A stretch of 56,316 nt of DNA from Dehalococcoidales bacterium (lineage in GTDB: Bacteria; Chloroflexota; Dehalococcoidia; Dehalococcoidales; RBG-16-60-22). The stretch is from assembly GCA_016926705.1 (NCBI GenBank), contig JAFGOC010000036.1, positions 1 through 56,316 on the forward strand, given 5' to 3'. A program made the translations under genes and the position numbers. This document shows, one piece after another, positions 26,663 through 35,854 of this stretch. A model generated the notes under the pieces. The model made no database searches and was not told where the DNA came from. It worked only from the letters and a program-made list of their open reading frames with translations. How positions within the stretch are numbered: the first letter of the stretch is position 1; each line of letters begins with the position of its first letter.

Positions 26663-28927
26663 ATGCCGATGAACACAACAACTGCAAAAAGCGGTATAAA
26701 TAGTGGCGATAAGCTGGAGACAACGGCTGCGCTGAACACTAAGACCGGTGAGGAGACCCAAGAGGCAGCCTCTTTGAATAGCGACTCCAAAGAGTTGCTG
26801 TTGAGAGCGCAACAAAGCGCTCTTGAAGCTAAAGAGGCTGCCTTGGGTGCCATTAACCGGTTTTATAAGGAAAGCAAAGCTTCGGAAACCAGAGCCTCGA
26901 AAATGCTGAATGAGCTGGAAGATGCGCTTCAGCTGGCTCTTCAGGCCACGAGAAAGTCTCGAGGCTCTAAAAACAACAGCCAGGGCACCGGCGAGTCCGC
27001 CGCAGTACCGCATGACGAAACGAATTTAAAAGAACCTAGTAAAATCTTTCATGCCAATCCATTCGGCATTGTCACGGATTTAAAGAGGTCCCTTTTAAAG
27101 ACTAAACCTACCGATGCCGAAGTCAAAGAAGAATTCTACCGGCTGGTAATGCGCAAGAGCCCCCAACTGCGCCAGCTTATTAATGATTTAACCGAAGATA
27201 AAGCTAAAGCCAGAATTGATGAAGTCATTTCAGAAGCTAAATCTGAAATAGCGGCGGCCCGCGCGGCGGTAATTAAGGTCCAGCAAGAGGTCAATACCAC
27301 CAGGGAAGAAGCTAAAAAGACCTACCTTGATGCCGAGAACGCCCGCAAAGCTGCTGAATTACTGGTTAGCCAGGTAAAGCAGGAAACAATTACCAAGGCT
27401 GCCGATGAGATTGTAAGAGCCCGCGAAGAAGTGAAAGCAGCTAGAGAGGCTGCCGGCATGGCCGTTCAGCGGGCTGAAGATGAAATCAGGAAAAACTGCG
27501 AAGAAGCGGCTACCGTAGATAAAAATGCCCAGGTGACTGTTGCCTTAGCCAATGAGAAATTAAAAAAGTATGCCGAGGAACTGAAGGCCTATAAAATTCA
27601 GGCGCACATTGCGGTGAAGCAGGCCAGGGATGAGGCGAATAAAGCCAGGGCGGAGGCTGAAGTAGCCCGCCGCGCAGTCCAGGAAGCGGTTGAAAAAGCA
27701 GCTCTGGAAAGCCAGCAGGCCAAAGCAAATATTGAGACCGCGCAAAAAATGATGCAGGAAGCCACGATTATAGCGGAAAAGCATGCTTATGACGAGTTCC
27801 TTGAAGAAGTCCAGAATATGCGGCAGGAAATCAACGCTATTAGTGCCAAAGCGCGTGAAGCTATAAACAAAGCACAGCGCGAAAGCCGCGAGGCCAAAGA
27901 AGAGTTGGCTATGGTAAAAAAGACCAGCGAAGAAGCGGTAAGTACGGCGCGCCAGGAAGCTCTTGAAGCCCGCGAAGAGGCTGAAAAAGCCAAAAAGTCG
28001 ATGATTGATACTAAAAATCGAACTAAAGAAGAAACCCGTAAAATGCGGCAGCAAGCAGAAACCAGCGTGATAAGGGCCAGCGAAACTATAACGCAGGCTA
28101 AGAAAGATATTATAAATATTACCCGTGATGACATCATCAGGGCGAGGCAGGAACTCGAGGTGCCTTTTAAAGCGACCAAATCTGATGATAAGCAGGCATC
28201 CGAGAAGCTGGATGCCGAATACGTGGCTGCTGTATTACATGAAATGCGCAGCCCGTTGCACTCGATTTCAGGGTTTACCAAATTACTGAAAGAAGATGGT
28301 GTTACCGATGAGGCCACGCGGCAGGAATTCCTCTCCATCATGGAGCAGCAGAGTGAAAGCCTGAACAAATTAATCGATAACCTGTCAGATATTTTAAACA
28401 ATAAAACCGAAGGACTGACCGTCAATGCCGTAGCGGTTTCTCCGTACGTCATGATTACCGAGGCTATAGACGGTGTAAAATCGATGGCGCAGAAGAGGAA
28501 TAATCTGATAGGCCATGACCTTACCCCCGAACTCCCGGAGGTAAAAGCCGATGCATTTCGTATCAAGCAGGTAATTACCAACCTGCTGACCAATGCTATC
28601 AGATACAGCCCTGAAAACCGTCCTATATTCGTTAAGGCCCAACCGCAGGATAATGAACTGCTGGTGCAGGTGGTTGATTATGGCATCGGCGTTCCTAAAG
28701 GGGAACTGAAGTCTATTTTCAACAAGGGGCACCAGGCCAGCAACCGCGGCGACGTGGAGGGCAATGGGCTGGGACTTTATATTTGCCGTCAGATAGTTAA
28801 AGCGCACGGTGGGAAAATCTGGGCGGAAAGTGTGGAAGGAGAAGGCAGCACGTTCAGTTTTACTCTGCCGATTAATGCCGTGGAACAACTGGAAAGTAAA
28901 ATCGTAGAGAAAAGCTATGTCGGGTAA
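26663..28927 (+). CDS. Soluble histidine kinase with ~500-aa coiled-coil N-terminal region
   Basis: No hydrophobic segment. A long helical region is rich in AR[ED]EA motifs. H-box AAVLHEMRSPLHSISGF. HATPase_c motifs NLLTNAIRYS, DYGIGVP and GNGLGLYICRQIVKAHGGKIWAES. It overlaps the next gene by 11 nt. Confidence 0.85.
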   Translation: MPMNTTTAKSGINSGDKLETTAALNTKTGEETQEAASLNSDSKELLLRAQQSALEAKEAALGAINRFYKESKASETRASKMLNELEDALQLALQATRKSRGSKNNSQGTGESAAVPHDETNLKEPSKIFHANPFGIVTDLKRSLLKTKPTDAEVKEEFYRLVMRKSPQLRQLINDLTEDKAKARIDEVISEAKSEIAAARAAVIKVQQEVNTTREEAKKTYLDAENARKAAELLVSQVKQETITKAADEIVRAREEVKAAREAAGMAVQRAEDEIRKNCEEAATVDKNAQVTVALANEKLKKYAEELKAYKIQAHIAVKQARDEANKARAEAEVARRAVQEAVEKAALESQQAKANIETAQKMMQEATIIAEKHAYDEFLEEVQNMRQEINAISAKAREAINKAQRESREAKEELAMVKKTSEEAVSTARQEALEAREEAEKAKKSMIDTKNRTKEETRKMRQQAETSVIRASETITQAKKDIINITRDDIIRARQELEVPFKATKSDDKQASEKLDAEYVAAVLHEMRSPLHSISGFTKLLKEDGVTDEATRQEFLSIMEQQSESLNKLIDNLSDILNNKTEGLTVNAVAVSPYVMITEAIDGVKSMAQKRNNLIGHDLTPELPEVKADAFRIKQVITNLLTNAIRYSPENRPIFVKAQPQDNELLVQVVDYGIGVPKGELKSIFNKGHQASNRGDVEGNGLGLYICRQIVKAHGGKIWAESVEGEGSTFSFTLPINAVEQLESKIVEKSYVG

Positions 28928-30104
28928 AGTATTAGTAATTGAAGACGACCCGACCTCTTTGAGGTTGATAGAGTACGCTCTTAAGCAGCGTGGCTACCAG
29001 GTCATGACTACTCTTAACGGGCTGGAAGGCATTATTACCGCCCAGAAAGAGGAGCCGGACCTTATTATCCTGGATATCATGCTGCCGGGGATTGACGGCT
29101 TCGAGGTATGCCGCCGGCTGCATTCCGGTTCGCAAACGACGAAGATACCTATTCTGATTATATCTGCCAAGACGCAAAAAGAAGATATCAACGCCGGCTT
29201 CAAGGCTGGCGCTGATGATTACCTGCTGAAACCGGCCTCCCCGACCGAAATTATTAATCGTGTGGAGAGCCTGCTTTCTAAGAAAATAACCGGCCAGGCT
29301 CGGGTGGTATCTTTTGTCAATACCAGTGAGATTCCCGGCTTGACTATGGTCATGGTGAATGTCGCGGCGGCGCTCGTAGAACAGGAAAAGCGGGTTACGC
29401 TCATCGATGCTTCAAACAGTTACAAAGGACAACCCGGTAAGAACAAAGTATCCTCTGAACAGGACGGCCGGGTCATTCTGGAGGTGGATACTAATGGTAA
29501 CGGCGGACAGGAGCCGGGACTGGAAACACTGCCTTCCGGCATAAGAGTCCTGCACGTGGACGATGTGTTTGACGATAACAATGGTGCATCAGAAGTCAGC
29601 CTCGACCTGGTGCAGAAAATCGGCAAGTCCAACGATTACCTGCTGGTTGATCTGCCCCTTAAGCCCAGTCACTTTACCACCTCGATACTTAAGAGCAGCG
29701 ACCTCGTGATGATATTAAGCGATTACCGCATCGATAACCTCATTACCACCAGGAACGCCGTTACACTGCTTAATTTCCTCGGCATTACGGCGGAAAAAAT
29801 GGCCGTCGTGCTGGCGGACTCGGAGGGCAAGAACCAGAACCTGACGACCGCCAATATGAAGCCCTTTGTGGAAGCCAACCTGGGGATTATGCTGGTGGAG
29901 GTCGTTTCTTTCGATGCCAAGATGTACCAGCTGTTCTACCTGGACAGCCAGCCTGTAATACAGTCTAATCCGAACCAGAAACTGGCCCAGGACTTAAAGC
30001 GTATCGCCCGTTACGTCGCTACTTATAGCTATACGGGGCAGGAACCCAAGCAGTCAAAAAAAGCGACTCCTCCCGCGGAGGTAAAAATTGACGCTGACAA
30101 ATAA
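28917..30104 (+). CDS. Response regulator: canonical receiver domain fused to a ParA/MinD/TadZ-like domain with a degenerate Walker A
   Basis: REC domain: VLVIEDD, DLIILDIMLPGIDG (acceptor Asp), ILIISAKT, DDYLLKP. C-terminal domain: RVVSFVNTSEIPGLTMVMVNVAAALVEQEKRVTLIDAS aligns by eye to xIAVxSxKGGVGKTTxAVNLAAAL, with both P-loop lysines replaced. A LLVDLP Walker-B-like strand is retained. Confidence 0.8.
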   Translation: MSGKVLVIEDDPTSLRLIEYALKQRGYQVMTTLNGLEGIITAQKEEPDLIILDIMLPGIDGFEVCRRLHSGSQTTKIPILIISAKTQKEDINAGFKAGADDYLLKPASPTEIINRVESLLSKKITGQARVVSFVNTSEIPGLTMVMVNVAAALVEQEKRVTLIDASNSYKGQPGKNKVSSEQDGRVILEVDTNGNGGQEPGLETLPSGIRVLHVDDVFDDNNGASEVSLDLVQKIGKSNDYLLVDLPLKPSHFTTSILKSSDLVMILSDYRIDNLITTRNAVTLLNFLGITAEKMAVVLADSEGKNQNLTTANMKPFVEANLGIMLVEVVSFDAKMYQLFYLDSQPVIQSNPNQKLAQDLKRIARYVATYSYTGQEPKQSKKATPPAEVKIDADK

Positions 30105-31776
30105 CAGGCCGAAAGGCACGCTGGGAGAATCGCTGGTCCAGAGGCAGATAATCACTGCAGAACAGCTTGAGCAAGCCCAGGAAAAACAGAAGGAGCAGGG
30201 CGGCAAGCTTAGTGAAATCCTGGTCAATATGGGTTTCGTTAAAGTTGAAGAGCTGGCATCATTCCTTAGCATCATGTGGAATGTGCCTCTAATCGACCTG
30301 AAGACACATGTGGTGCAGCCGGAAGCCCTGGCATTGATACCGGAAGAACTGGCCAGGAAGCATCTTTTTATTCCTTTACAAATCATCGGCGATTCGCTGA
30401 TGGTGGTGATGGCTGACCCCGATGACTATATTACCATCGGGGATATTTTTGCCAGGACCAATATGAAGGTGCAGGTGGCGTTTGCCAGCGCTGCGGACAT
30501 CCGGCGCGCTATAAATATTTACTACCGCGCTACCGATGAAATTCAGGAGAAGGTTAGCGAGTCCCTTCCGATAGACATCGGCGACCGGGGGTCCGCCGTT
30601 GATTTCAGTGTTGAAACACCCATCACGGAAAGCCTGGACCTGCTTATTGAACAGGCTATCAGAGACCGGGCGTCCGATATTCACCTTGAACCCCAGAACG
30701 ACCGCCTGCGTATCCGTTACCGTATCGATGGCGTACTGTATGATATGAACTCCGTGCCCATCAGTGTGCACACGGAACTGGCTTCCAGGATAAAAATACT
30801 GGCGGAAATGGACGTTACCCGCTCGAAGCAGGCACAAGACGGGCAGTTTTCTATAAAAATAGGCGATAAAAGCATCGATATCCGCGTCGCCAGCGCCGAT
30901 ACCATCCACGGCGAGCGGATTACCCTGCGTCTGCTGGATAAATCGGTATCGCTTTTTACGCTGCCGGAGTTGGGTTTTTTGCCGGATACTCTAAAAAAAT
31001 ACCGGGCGCTTTTGCACTATCCCTTTGGTATGGTTTTAGTAGGGGGCCCGACCGGTTCCGGTAAAACGACCACGCTTTATACATCGATAAATGAAATCGA
31101 CCGTAAAAGATATAACATTATGACCATCGAAGACCCGGTGGAATACCAGTTCGAGAACATCACCCAGAGTCAGGTAGACCCTAAAACCGGGATTACTTTC
31201 GCCAGCGGACTGCGGGCATCGCTGCGGCAGGACCCGGATGTCATCCTCGTGGGAGAAATCCGCGATAAAGAGACCGCCATTACCGCCGTTCAGGCCGCTC
31301 TTACCGGGCATCTGGTATTTTCGTCAATCCATGCCAATGATGCCGTCAGCATGATTACGCGCCTTCTTGACCTCGGGGTTGAGCCGGGGCTGATATCCTC
31401 AACGCTTATCGCTTTATTGGCGCAGCGCATGGTACGCCGCATCTGTACCAATTGCCGCGTTGCTGCTCCGCCCAATGCCGTGCAGCAGGAGATATACCGC
31501 AAGGAAATGGGGCAGGAATTAACTTCCGTATACAAAGGCACCGGTTGCCACCTTTGCGGCCAGACCGGCTACATGGGCAGAATCGGTATCTTTGAAATGC
31601 TCGTCATGAGTGAAGAAATACAGAAAATGCTGATTAGCGATGTCAGCATAGGGACATTAAGGGAAGAGGCGATTCGTGAAGGCATCTATACCATGAAGCA
31701 TGACGGGCTGTTGAAAGTAAAAGAAGGAATCACCACTTTCGAAGAAGTGATGAACAGCGTATTTACGATTGGGTAA
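30088..31776 (+). CDS. pilB: Type IV pilus assembly ATPase (GspE/PilB family)
   Basis: N-terminal T2SSE_N/MshEN-like helices, Walker A GGPTGSGKTTTLY, Asp/His boxes (VGEIRD, LTGHLVFSSIHAN), and a tetracysteine motif CTNC...CHLC. TTG start overlaps the upstream gene by 17 nt. Confidence 0.92.
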   Translation: MTLTNNRPKGTLGESLVQRQIITAEQLEQAQEKQKEQGGKLSEILVNMGFVKVEELASFLSIMWNVPLIDLKTHVVQPEALALIPEELARKHLFIPLQIIGDSLMVVMADPDDYITIGDIFARTNMKVQVAFASAADIRRAINIYYRATDEIQEKVSESLPIDIGDRGSAVDFSVETPITESLDLLIEQAIRDRASDIHLEPQNDRLRIRYRIDGVLYDMNSVPISVHTELASRIKILAEMDVTRSKQAQDGQFSIKIGDKSIDIRVASADTIHGERITLRLLDKSVSLFTLPELGFLPDTLKKYRALLHYPFGMVLVGGPTGSGKTTTLYTSINEIDRKRYNIMTIEDPVEYQFENITQSQVDPKTGITFASGLRASLRQDPDVILVGEIRDKETAITAVQAALTGHLVFSSIHANDAVSMITRLLDLGVEPGLISSTLIALLAQRMVRRICTNCRVAAPPNAVQQEIYRKEMGQELTSVYKGTGCHLCGQTGYMGRIGIFEMLVMSEEIQKMLISDVSIGTLREEAIREGIYTMKHDGLLKVKEGITTFEEVMNSVFTIG

Positions 31777-31806
31777 AAGGCCGTTTTTTTGTACAGGGGA
31801 ACATGA

Positions 31807-33021
31807 ATGTACCAGTATGAAGCATACACTCTTGATAAAGAGATTGTTCAGGGCACTATCGATGCTCCGAACGAAGGCGTAGCCGAGGAAAGACTCAATG
31901 GGGCCGGTTATCACCAGATATTAACTCTGAAAAAGACCTCCCCAACACTTTCCGCATCTGTCAAGAGACTGTTTCACCTCCCCTCCTCCGTAAAAAAATC
32001 AGAATTCACTGATTTTTTCTATCAACTCGCCACGCTTTTGGATTCCCGGATGCCCTTTGTGCAGGCCCTTTGGGTACTGGCCGAGCAAACCCATAATCCG
32101 GCTTTGAGGGATATTATTAGCAAGCTGGGTAGAGATGTGTCCAGTGGTATTCCTTTCTCTCTGACGCTGGGACAGTATCCTAAGCTGATATCAAGCCATT
32201 ACTGTCAGGTAATCAGGGTCAGTGAAAAATCCGGCGACCTGACGCGCGGTTTGAGACTGGTGGCCGGTTACATCGAGAAAGAGGCCTCACTAAGCGGCCA
32301 CGTTAAGCGTATGTTGTCTTATCCCTCGTTTCTGGGTTTAGCATCGCTGATTGTAATAATAATCGTGGCTACCGTAGCGGTGCCGTCTTTAACCAAGCTG
32401 TTCGATTCGCTCGGGGTTGATTTGCCCCTGGTGACGCAGATACTTGTTGCCTGCGCCGGTTTCATTACAACCTATAAGTTCCACCTTGGGGCTGGAATAC
32501 TGGCAATTATCGGTATTGTTTTCCTCATAAAAAAATCACCCGGCGCCAAGAAGTATTTAGACATGCTGGCGTTAAGTCTGCCGATTGTCAGCAATATCGT
32601 GATCATGCGTAATATCTGCCGGTTCTGCCGCAGCAGCGCTATGTTGATAGAGGCCGGTCTTACACTCCCGCAGGCACTTAATGCGATTATCGGCACGATA
32701 GACAATACCATCATAAGAAATGCGCTAAAAGAAATCCGACAGGAGACTATCAAGGGTAAAGGTCTTTGGCAGCCGATGGAGAAGTCCGGACTTTTCCCCA
32801 GGTTGCTGGTGGACGTGGTGGCTATCGGTGAAAAGAGCGGCTCTTTACAGTCCTCGTTTTCCACGATGGCGGACTATTATGAGAAAAGGCTTGACCAGAG
32901 GGTACAGAAGCTGCTTTCGATGATTGAACCGGCTTCTATTATACTCGTCGGTCTGATTATCAGTTTTATCGGTATAGCAATTATTACGCCGCTATATTCA
33001 ATATATCAGAACGTAGCCTAA
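31807..33021 (+). CDS. pilC: Type IV pilus platform protein (GspF/PilC family)
   Basis: 404 aa with two GspF-type repeats and three TM helices. The ending IITPLYSIYQ is typical of PilC/GspF. Confidence 0.9.
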   Translation: MYQYEAYTLDKEIVQGTIDAPNEGVAEERLNGAGYHQILTLKKTSPTLSASVKRLFHLPSSVKKSEFTDFFYQLATLLDSRMPFVQALWVLAEQTHNPALRDIISKLGRDVSSGIPFSLTLGQYPKLISSHYCQVIRVSEKSGDLTRGLRLVAGYIEKEASLSGHVKRMLSYPSFLGLASLIVIIIVATVAVPSLTKLFDSLGVDLPLVTQILVACAGFITTYKFHLGAGILAIIGIVFLIKKSPGAKKYLDMLALSLPIVSNIVIMRNICRFCRSSAMLIEAGLTLPQALNAIIGTIDNTIIRNALKEIRQETIKGKGLWQPMEKSGLFPRLLVDVVAIGEKSGSLQSSFSTMADYYEKRLDQRVQKLLSMIEPASIILVGLIISFIGIAIITPLYSIYQNVA

Positions 33022-33027
33022 AAAACG

Positions 33028-33435
33028 GTGTGCATAATGATAAGGATGTTAAAAAGGCTATATAAGAAAACGCAACGGCAGGGAGGCCAGAGGGGCATGA
33101 CCATGCTCGAAGGCCTGATATGCATAGGTATATTGGGCGGTGTTGTGATATTGATGGTATTCGCCATGTCCGGCGGAGCTCTGGCGGTAAATGAAAACGA
33201 GGAGGAGACGGCGGTTCAGAATCTGGCCAGAAATCAGATGGAGTATATCAAAAGCCTGGCATATAATCCTGGGGCTTCTACTTACCCTACCATAAGCACT
33301 CCGCCCGAATACAGCATTACTGTGAGTGTTACTGCGGTGCCGGATACCAACAATAACATTCAGAAGGTTACGGCGAATTTCTACCGTAATAGCACGCTCC
33401 TCATGACCGTATCAGATTATAAGGTAAACCGATGA
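33028..33435 (+). CDS. Minor pilin / pseudopilin with prepilin-type N-terminus
   Basis: ..QRG|MTMLEGLICIGILGGVVILMVF has Gly followed by Glu at +5 and a hydrophobic helix. The start is ambiguous: GTG 33028, ATG 33037 or ATG 33046. Confidence 0.65.
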   Translation: MCIMIRMLKRLYKKTQRQGGQRGMTMLEGLICIGILGGVVILMVFAMSGGALAVNENEEETAVQNLARNQMEYIKSLAYNPGASTYPTISTPPEYSITVSVTAVPDTNNNIQKVTANFYRNSTLLMTVSDYKVNR

Positions 33436-33878
33436 AAGGAGAAAGGGGATATACTCTAGTAGAAGGGCTGATAGCTATTGCCATTACCGGCTTTCTGGTG
33501 ACAGCACTTAGTATAGTGGTGCAGCAGATGGTTGTTGTGCCCGAGCGGGGTGATGACCAGATTGATGCCATTCACCCGGTGCAGAACGCAGCCCACTGGC
33601 TGACGCTTGACGGTCAGACCGCTGAATCGGCCAGCGGCGGCAGCAGCCTGATGCTGACTTTACCCAATGAGAATATCATCACCTATACGTTTTCCGGCGA
33701 TAAGCTCTTTAGACTTTACGGCAGCTCAAACCGGACGATAGCCGATAATGTCGCCAGCGCCAATTTTACCGTCCTGGACAGGGTTATTTACATGACGATT
33801 GCCACCTTGCCGGACAGTCGCTGGAATATAAGTGAAAATTATACCTACCGGGCTTATATGCGCCCGACGGAAACATAA
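33432..33878 (+). CDS. Minor pilin / pseudopilin with prepilin-type N-terminus
   Basis: MKGERG|YTLVEGLIAIAITGFLVTAL has a canonical G/xTLxE site. ATGA overlap with the upstream gene. Confidence 0.75.
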   Translation: MKGERGYTLVEGLIAIAITGFLVTALSIVVQQMVVVPERGDDQIDAIHPVQNAAHWLTLDGQTAESASGGSSLMLTLPNENIITYTFSGDKLFRLYGSSNRTIADNVASANFTVLDRVIYMTIATLPDSRWNISENYTYRAYMRPTET

Positions 33879-33881
33879 GAA

Positions 33882-35195
33882 ATGAAGATGAAGATAAACG
33901 GAGAAAAAGGCCAGGCTCTGCCACTTGCGATGATCGCCGTCATTTTGGGCGCGCTGGTGATTCCGCCCTTTGTGGGTTATGCCGGCAGCAGCATAATCGG
34001 CTCTCATGCTTACGGGGATGCTATACGCTCGCAGTATGCCGCCGACTCCGGCGCCGAGCACGCTATCTGGAGATTGACTGATGACGGCTTGATGGATATT
34101 TTAACGAGCGCCGGTAGTATGGTCAGTTATACGCTGGACGAAACTCTAAACGGCCTGACAACGAACGTAACCGTTTGTAACGCATGGCAAACTATTGCCG
34201 ATGATGACTTCAACAGTGGTGGCTGGTCGGGAGGCACAGGCTGGCTCGATGACTGGACACATTCAGGAGACAGCGCCGTAACTTCTTCCGGGAGTCCTTA
34301 TGAAGGTCCTTATCACTTGAGATTGAGGGGTGGCAGTGCGATTGCGCAACGACCCGTGGACCTTTCTCATCAGATAGATATTCATCTCCGCTTTTGGGCT
34401 AAAGTCAATTCTTTTGAAACGTGGGATACCGCTACCTGCCAGGTCAGCAGCGACGGTATAAATTGGAACACCGTCTATACTTTTACCGATGTCTTAAGTG
34501 ATGATATTTATCGTTATTATGATTTTGAGCTGTCTTCATATAAGATGACCGGCCAGTTCTGGATTTCTTTTAACTCCAATATGAGTAGCACAGGTGACTA
34601 CTTTTATGTTGATAAACTGGATATAGTATGGCTGGTGGCTAATCCCGTTACCTTTGCTACAGAAGATTTTGAAAGTGGAGGTTGGTCCGGCGGCACCGGC
34701 TGGCTTGAGGATTGGACACATACCGGTGCTTCTTCGGTTACTACCTGGAGTTCTCCTTACGAAGGCTATTATCATTTATTGCTGCAAGGTTCCAACGGTG
34801 ATGTGCAGCGCCCGGTTGACCTCTCTGCGGCCGGTATAGTCTACTTGAGATTCTGGGCTAAGGTCTCCGGTTTTGAAAGCAGGGATAATGTTGTATGCCA
34901 GGTGAGTCCCGATGGCTCAACATGGTCAACTATCTATACCTGGACGACGGCCCATGACGATAATGATTATCACTATTACGCTATCAGCCTGGCACCTTAT
35001 GAGATGACCAGCGAGTTTTGGATTCGTTTCAGTAGCAATTGTAATAATCAAAACGATTATTTCTTTGTTGATTTAATATCGCTGGTAAACCTGGATGCTT
35101 ATGGTGTAACAGCTAAAGCTGGCGATAGCATCATAAAGGCAAAGGTCTTTGTCGATTCAGGAGTTGTCACGATTATATATTGGTACTACGTTTAA
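33882..35195 (+). CDS. PilX-N-like pilus protein carrying two tandem ~145-aa beta-sandwich-like modules (putative tip adhesin)
   Basis: The N-terminus GEKGQALPLAMIAVILGALVI resembles the PilX N-terminal segment, with no Glu+5. Two internal repeats (aa ~106-249 and ~259-402, offset 153 aa) share DFxSGGWSGGTGWLxDWTH..SPYEGxYHLxL.G....QRPVDLS....LRFWAKV..FE....CQVSxDGxxWxTxYT......YY...L..YxMTxxFWIxFxSN....DYFxVD. Confidence 0.65.
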   Translation: MKMKINGEKGQALPLAMIAVILGALVIPPFVGYAGSSIIGSHAYGDAIRSQYAADSGAEHAIWRLTDDGLMDILTSAGSMVSYTLDETLNGLTTNVTVCNAWQTIADDDFNSGGWSGGTGWLDDWTHSGDSAVTSSGSPYEGPYHLRLRGGSAIAQRPVDLSHQIDIHLRFWAKVNSFETWDTATCQVSSDGINWNTVYTFTDVLSDDIYRYYDFELSSYKMTGQFWISFNSNMSSTGDYFYVDKLDIVWLVANPVTFATEDFESGGWSGGTGWLEDWTHTGASSVTTWSSPYEGYYHLLLQGSNGDVQRPVDLSAAGIVYLRFWAKVSGFESRDNVVCQVSPDGSTWSTIYTWTTAHDDNDYHYYAISLAPYEMTSEFWIRFSSNCNNQNDYFFVDLISLVNLDAYGVTAKAGDSIIKAKVFVDSGVVTIIYWYYV

Positions 35196-35230
35196 TGAAT
35201 TGAATATGAAAAAGAGAGTAAATTTGATAG

Positions 35231-35854
35231 ATGAGTTTAAGTATAGCGGAAAGAAATAAAATTAATAAAAAGTCCCGGTCTTTGACTAACTGGCTGTGGG
35301 TGATAGGGATTATTGCCATTATCGTGGTCAATATCATCATCTGGAAAAACTATCTCGGAGAAAAATCTGAAATCGAGGTTTTACAGAATGAAATAGCGCT
35401 CGTAAACCAGCAAATTGCCCAGGCGGCGCAGCCCCCAACCAATCTTGAATCTGAATTGGAAAGAGCCCAGAGTGAACTTGCGGCAGCCCTGGAGGTTTTT
35501 CCGGAGAGAATCGACAAGACCGACGTGGTTGATTTTATTATTAATACCGCAGAAGCATGCGATGTCCGGATTATACCTCTTATATGGGAAGGACAAAAGG
35601 TTAGTGATACCGGCCAATCGTACGTAGTGCTGCAATATAGCGGAACCGTCATCGGTAAATTGACCGATGCCACCAATTTTATCACCATGCTTAGAAACGG
35701 CGATTATTCTACCATTATCATCACCGAGTGTACCGTTGAAAGGACGTCTGCACTGGATAGTGATGTATCGAGTAGTGAAATCAATGTGACCATTGACCTT
35801 GTGTTTTCTCTCTATGCCATTTCCATCCTTGACAGTAAGGATAGCATTTTATGA
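35231..35854 (+). CDS. PilO/PilN-like bitopic pilus alignment protein
   Basis: Short cytoplasmic N-terminus, one TM (WLWVIGIIAIIVVNIIIW), a coiled coil (EIEVLQNEIALVNQQIAQ...ELERAQSELAAAL), then a globular domain. Stop/start overlap with the next gene. Confidence 0.55.
   Translation: MSLSIAERNKINKKSRSLTNWLWVIGIIAIIVVNIIIWKNYLGEKSEIEVLQNEIALVNQQIAQAAQPPTNLESELERAQSELAAALEVFPERIDKTDVVDFIINTAEACDVRIIPLIWEGQKVSDTGQSYVVLQYSGTVIGKLTDATNFITMLRNGDYSTIIITECTVERTSALDSDVSSSEINVTIDLVFSLYAISILDSKDSIL

Noticed and set aside
34197-35087. Diversity-generating retroelement (template/variable repeat pair)
   Set aside because: Both copies lie within the same ORF as protein-domain duplicates. Their differences involve all base types rather than adenine-specific changes. 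No reverse transcriptase gene is present.
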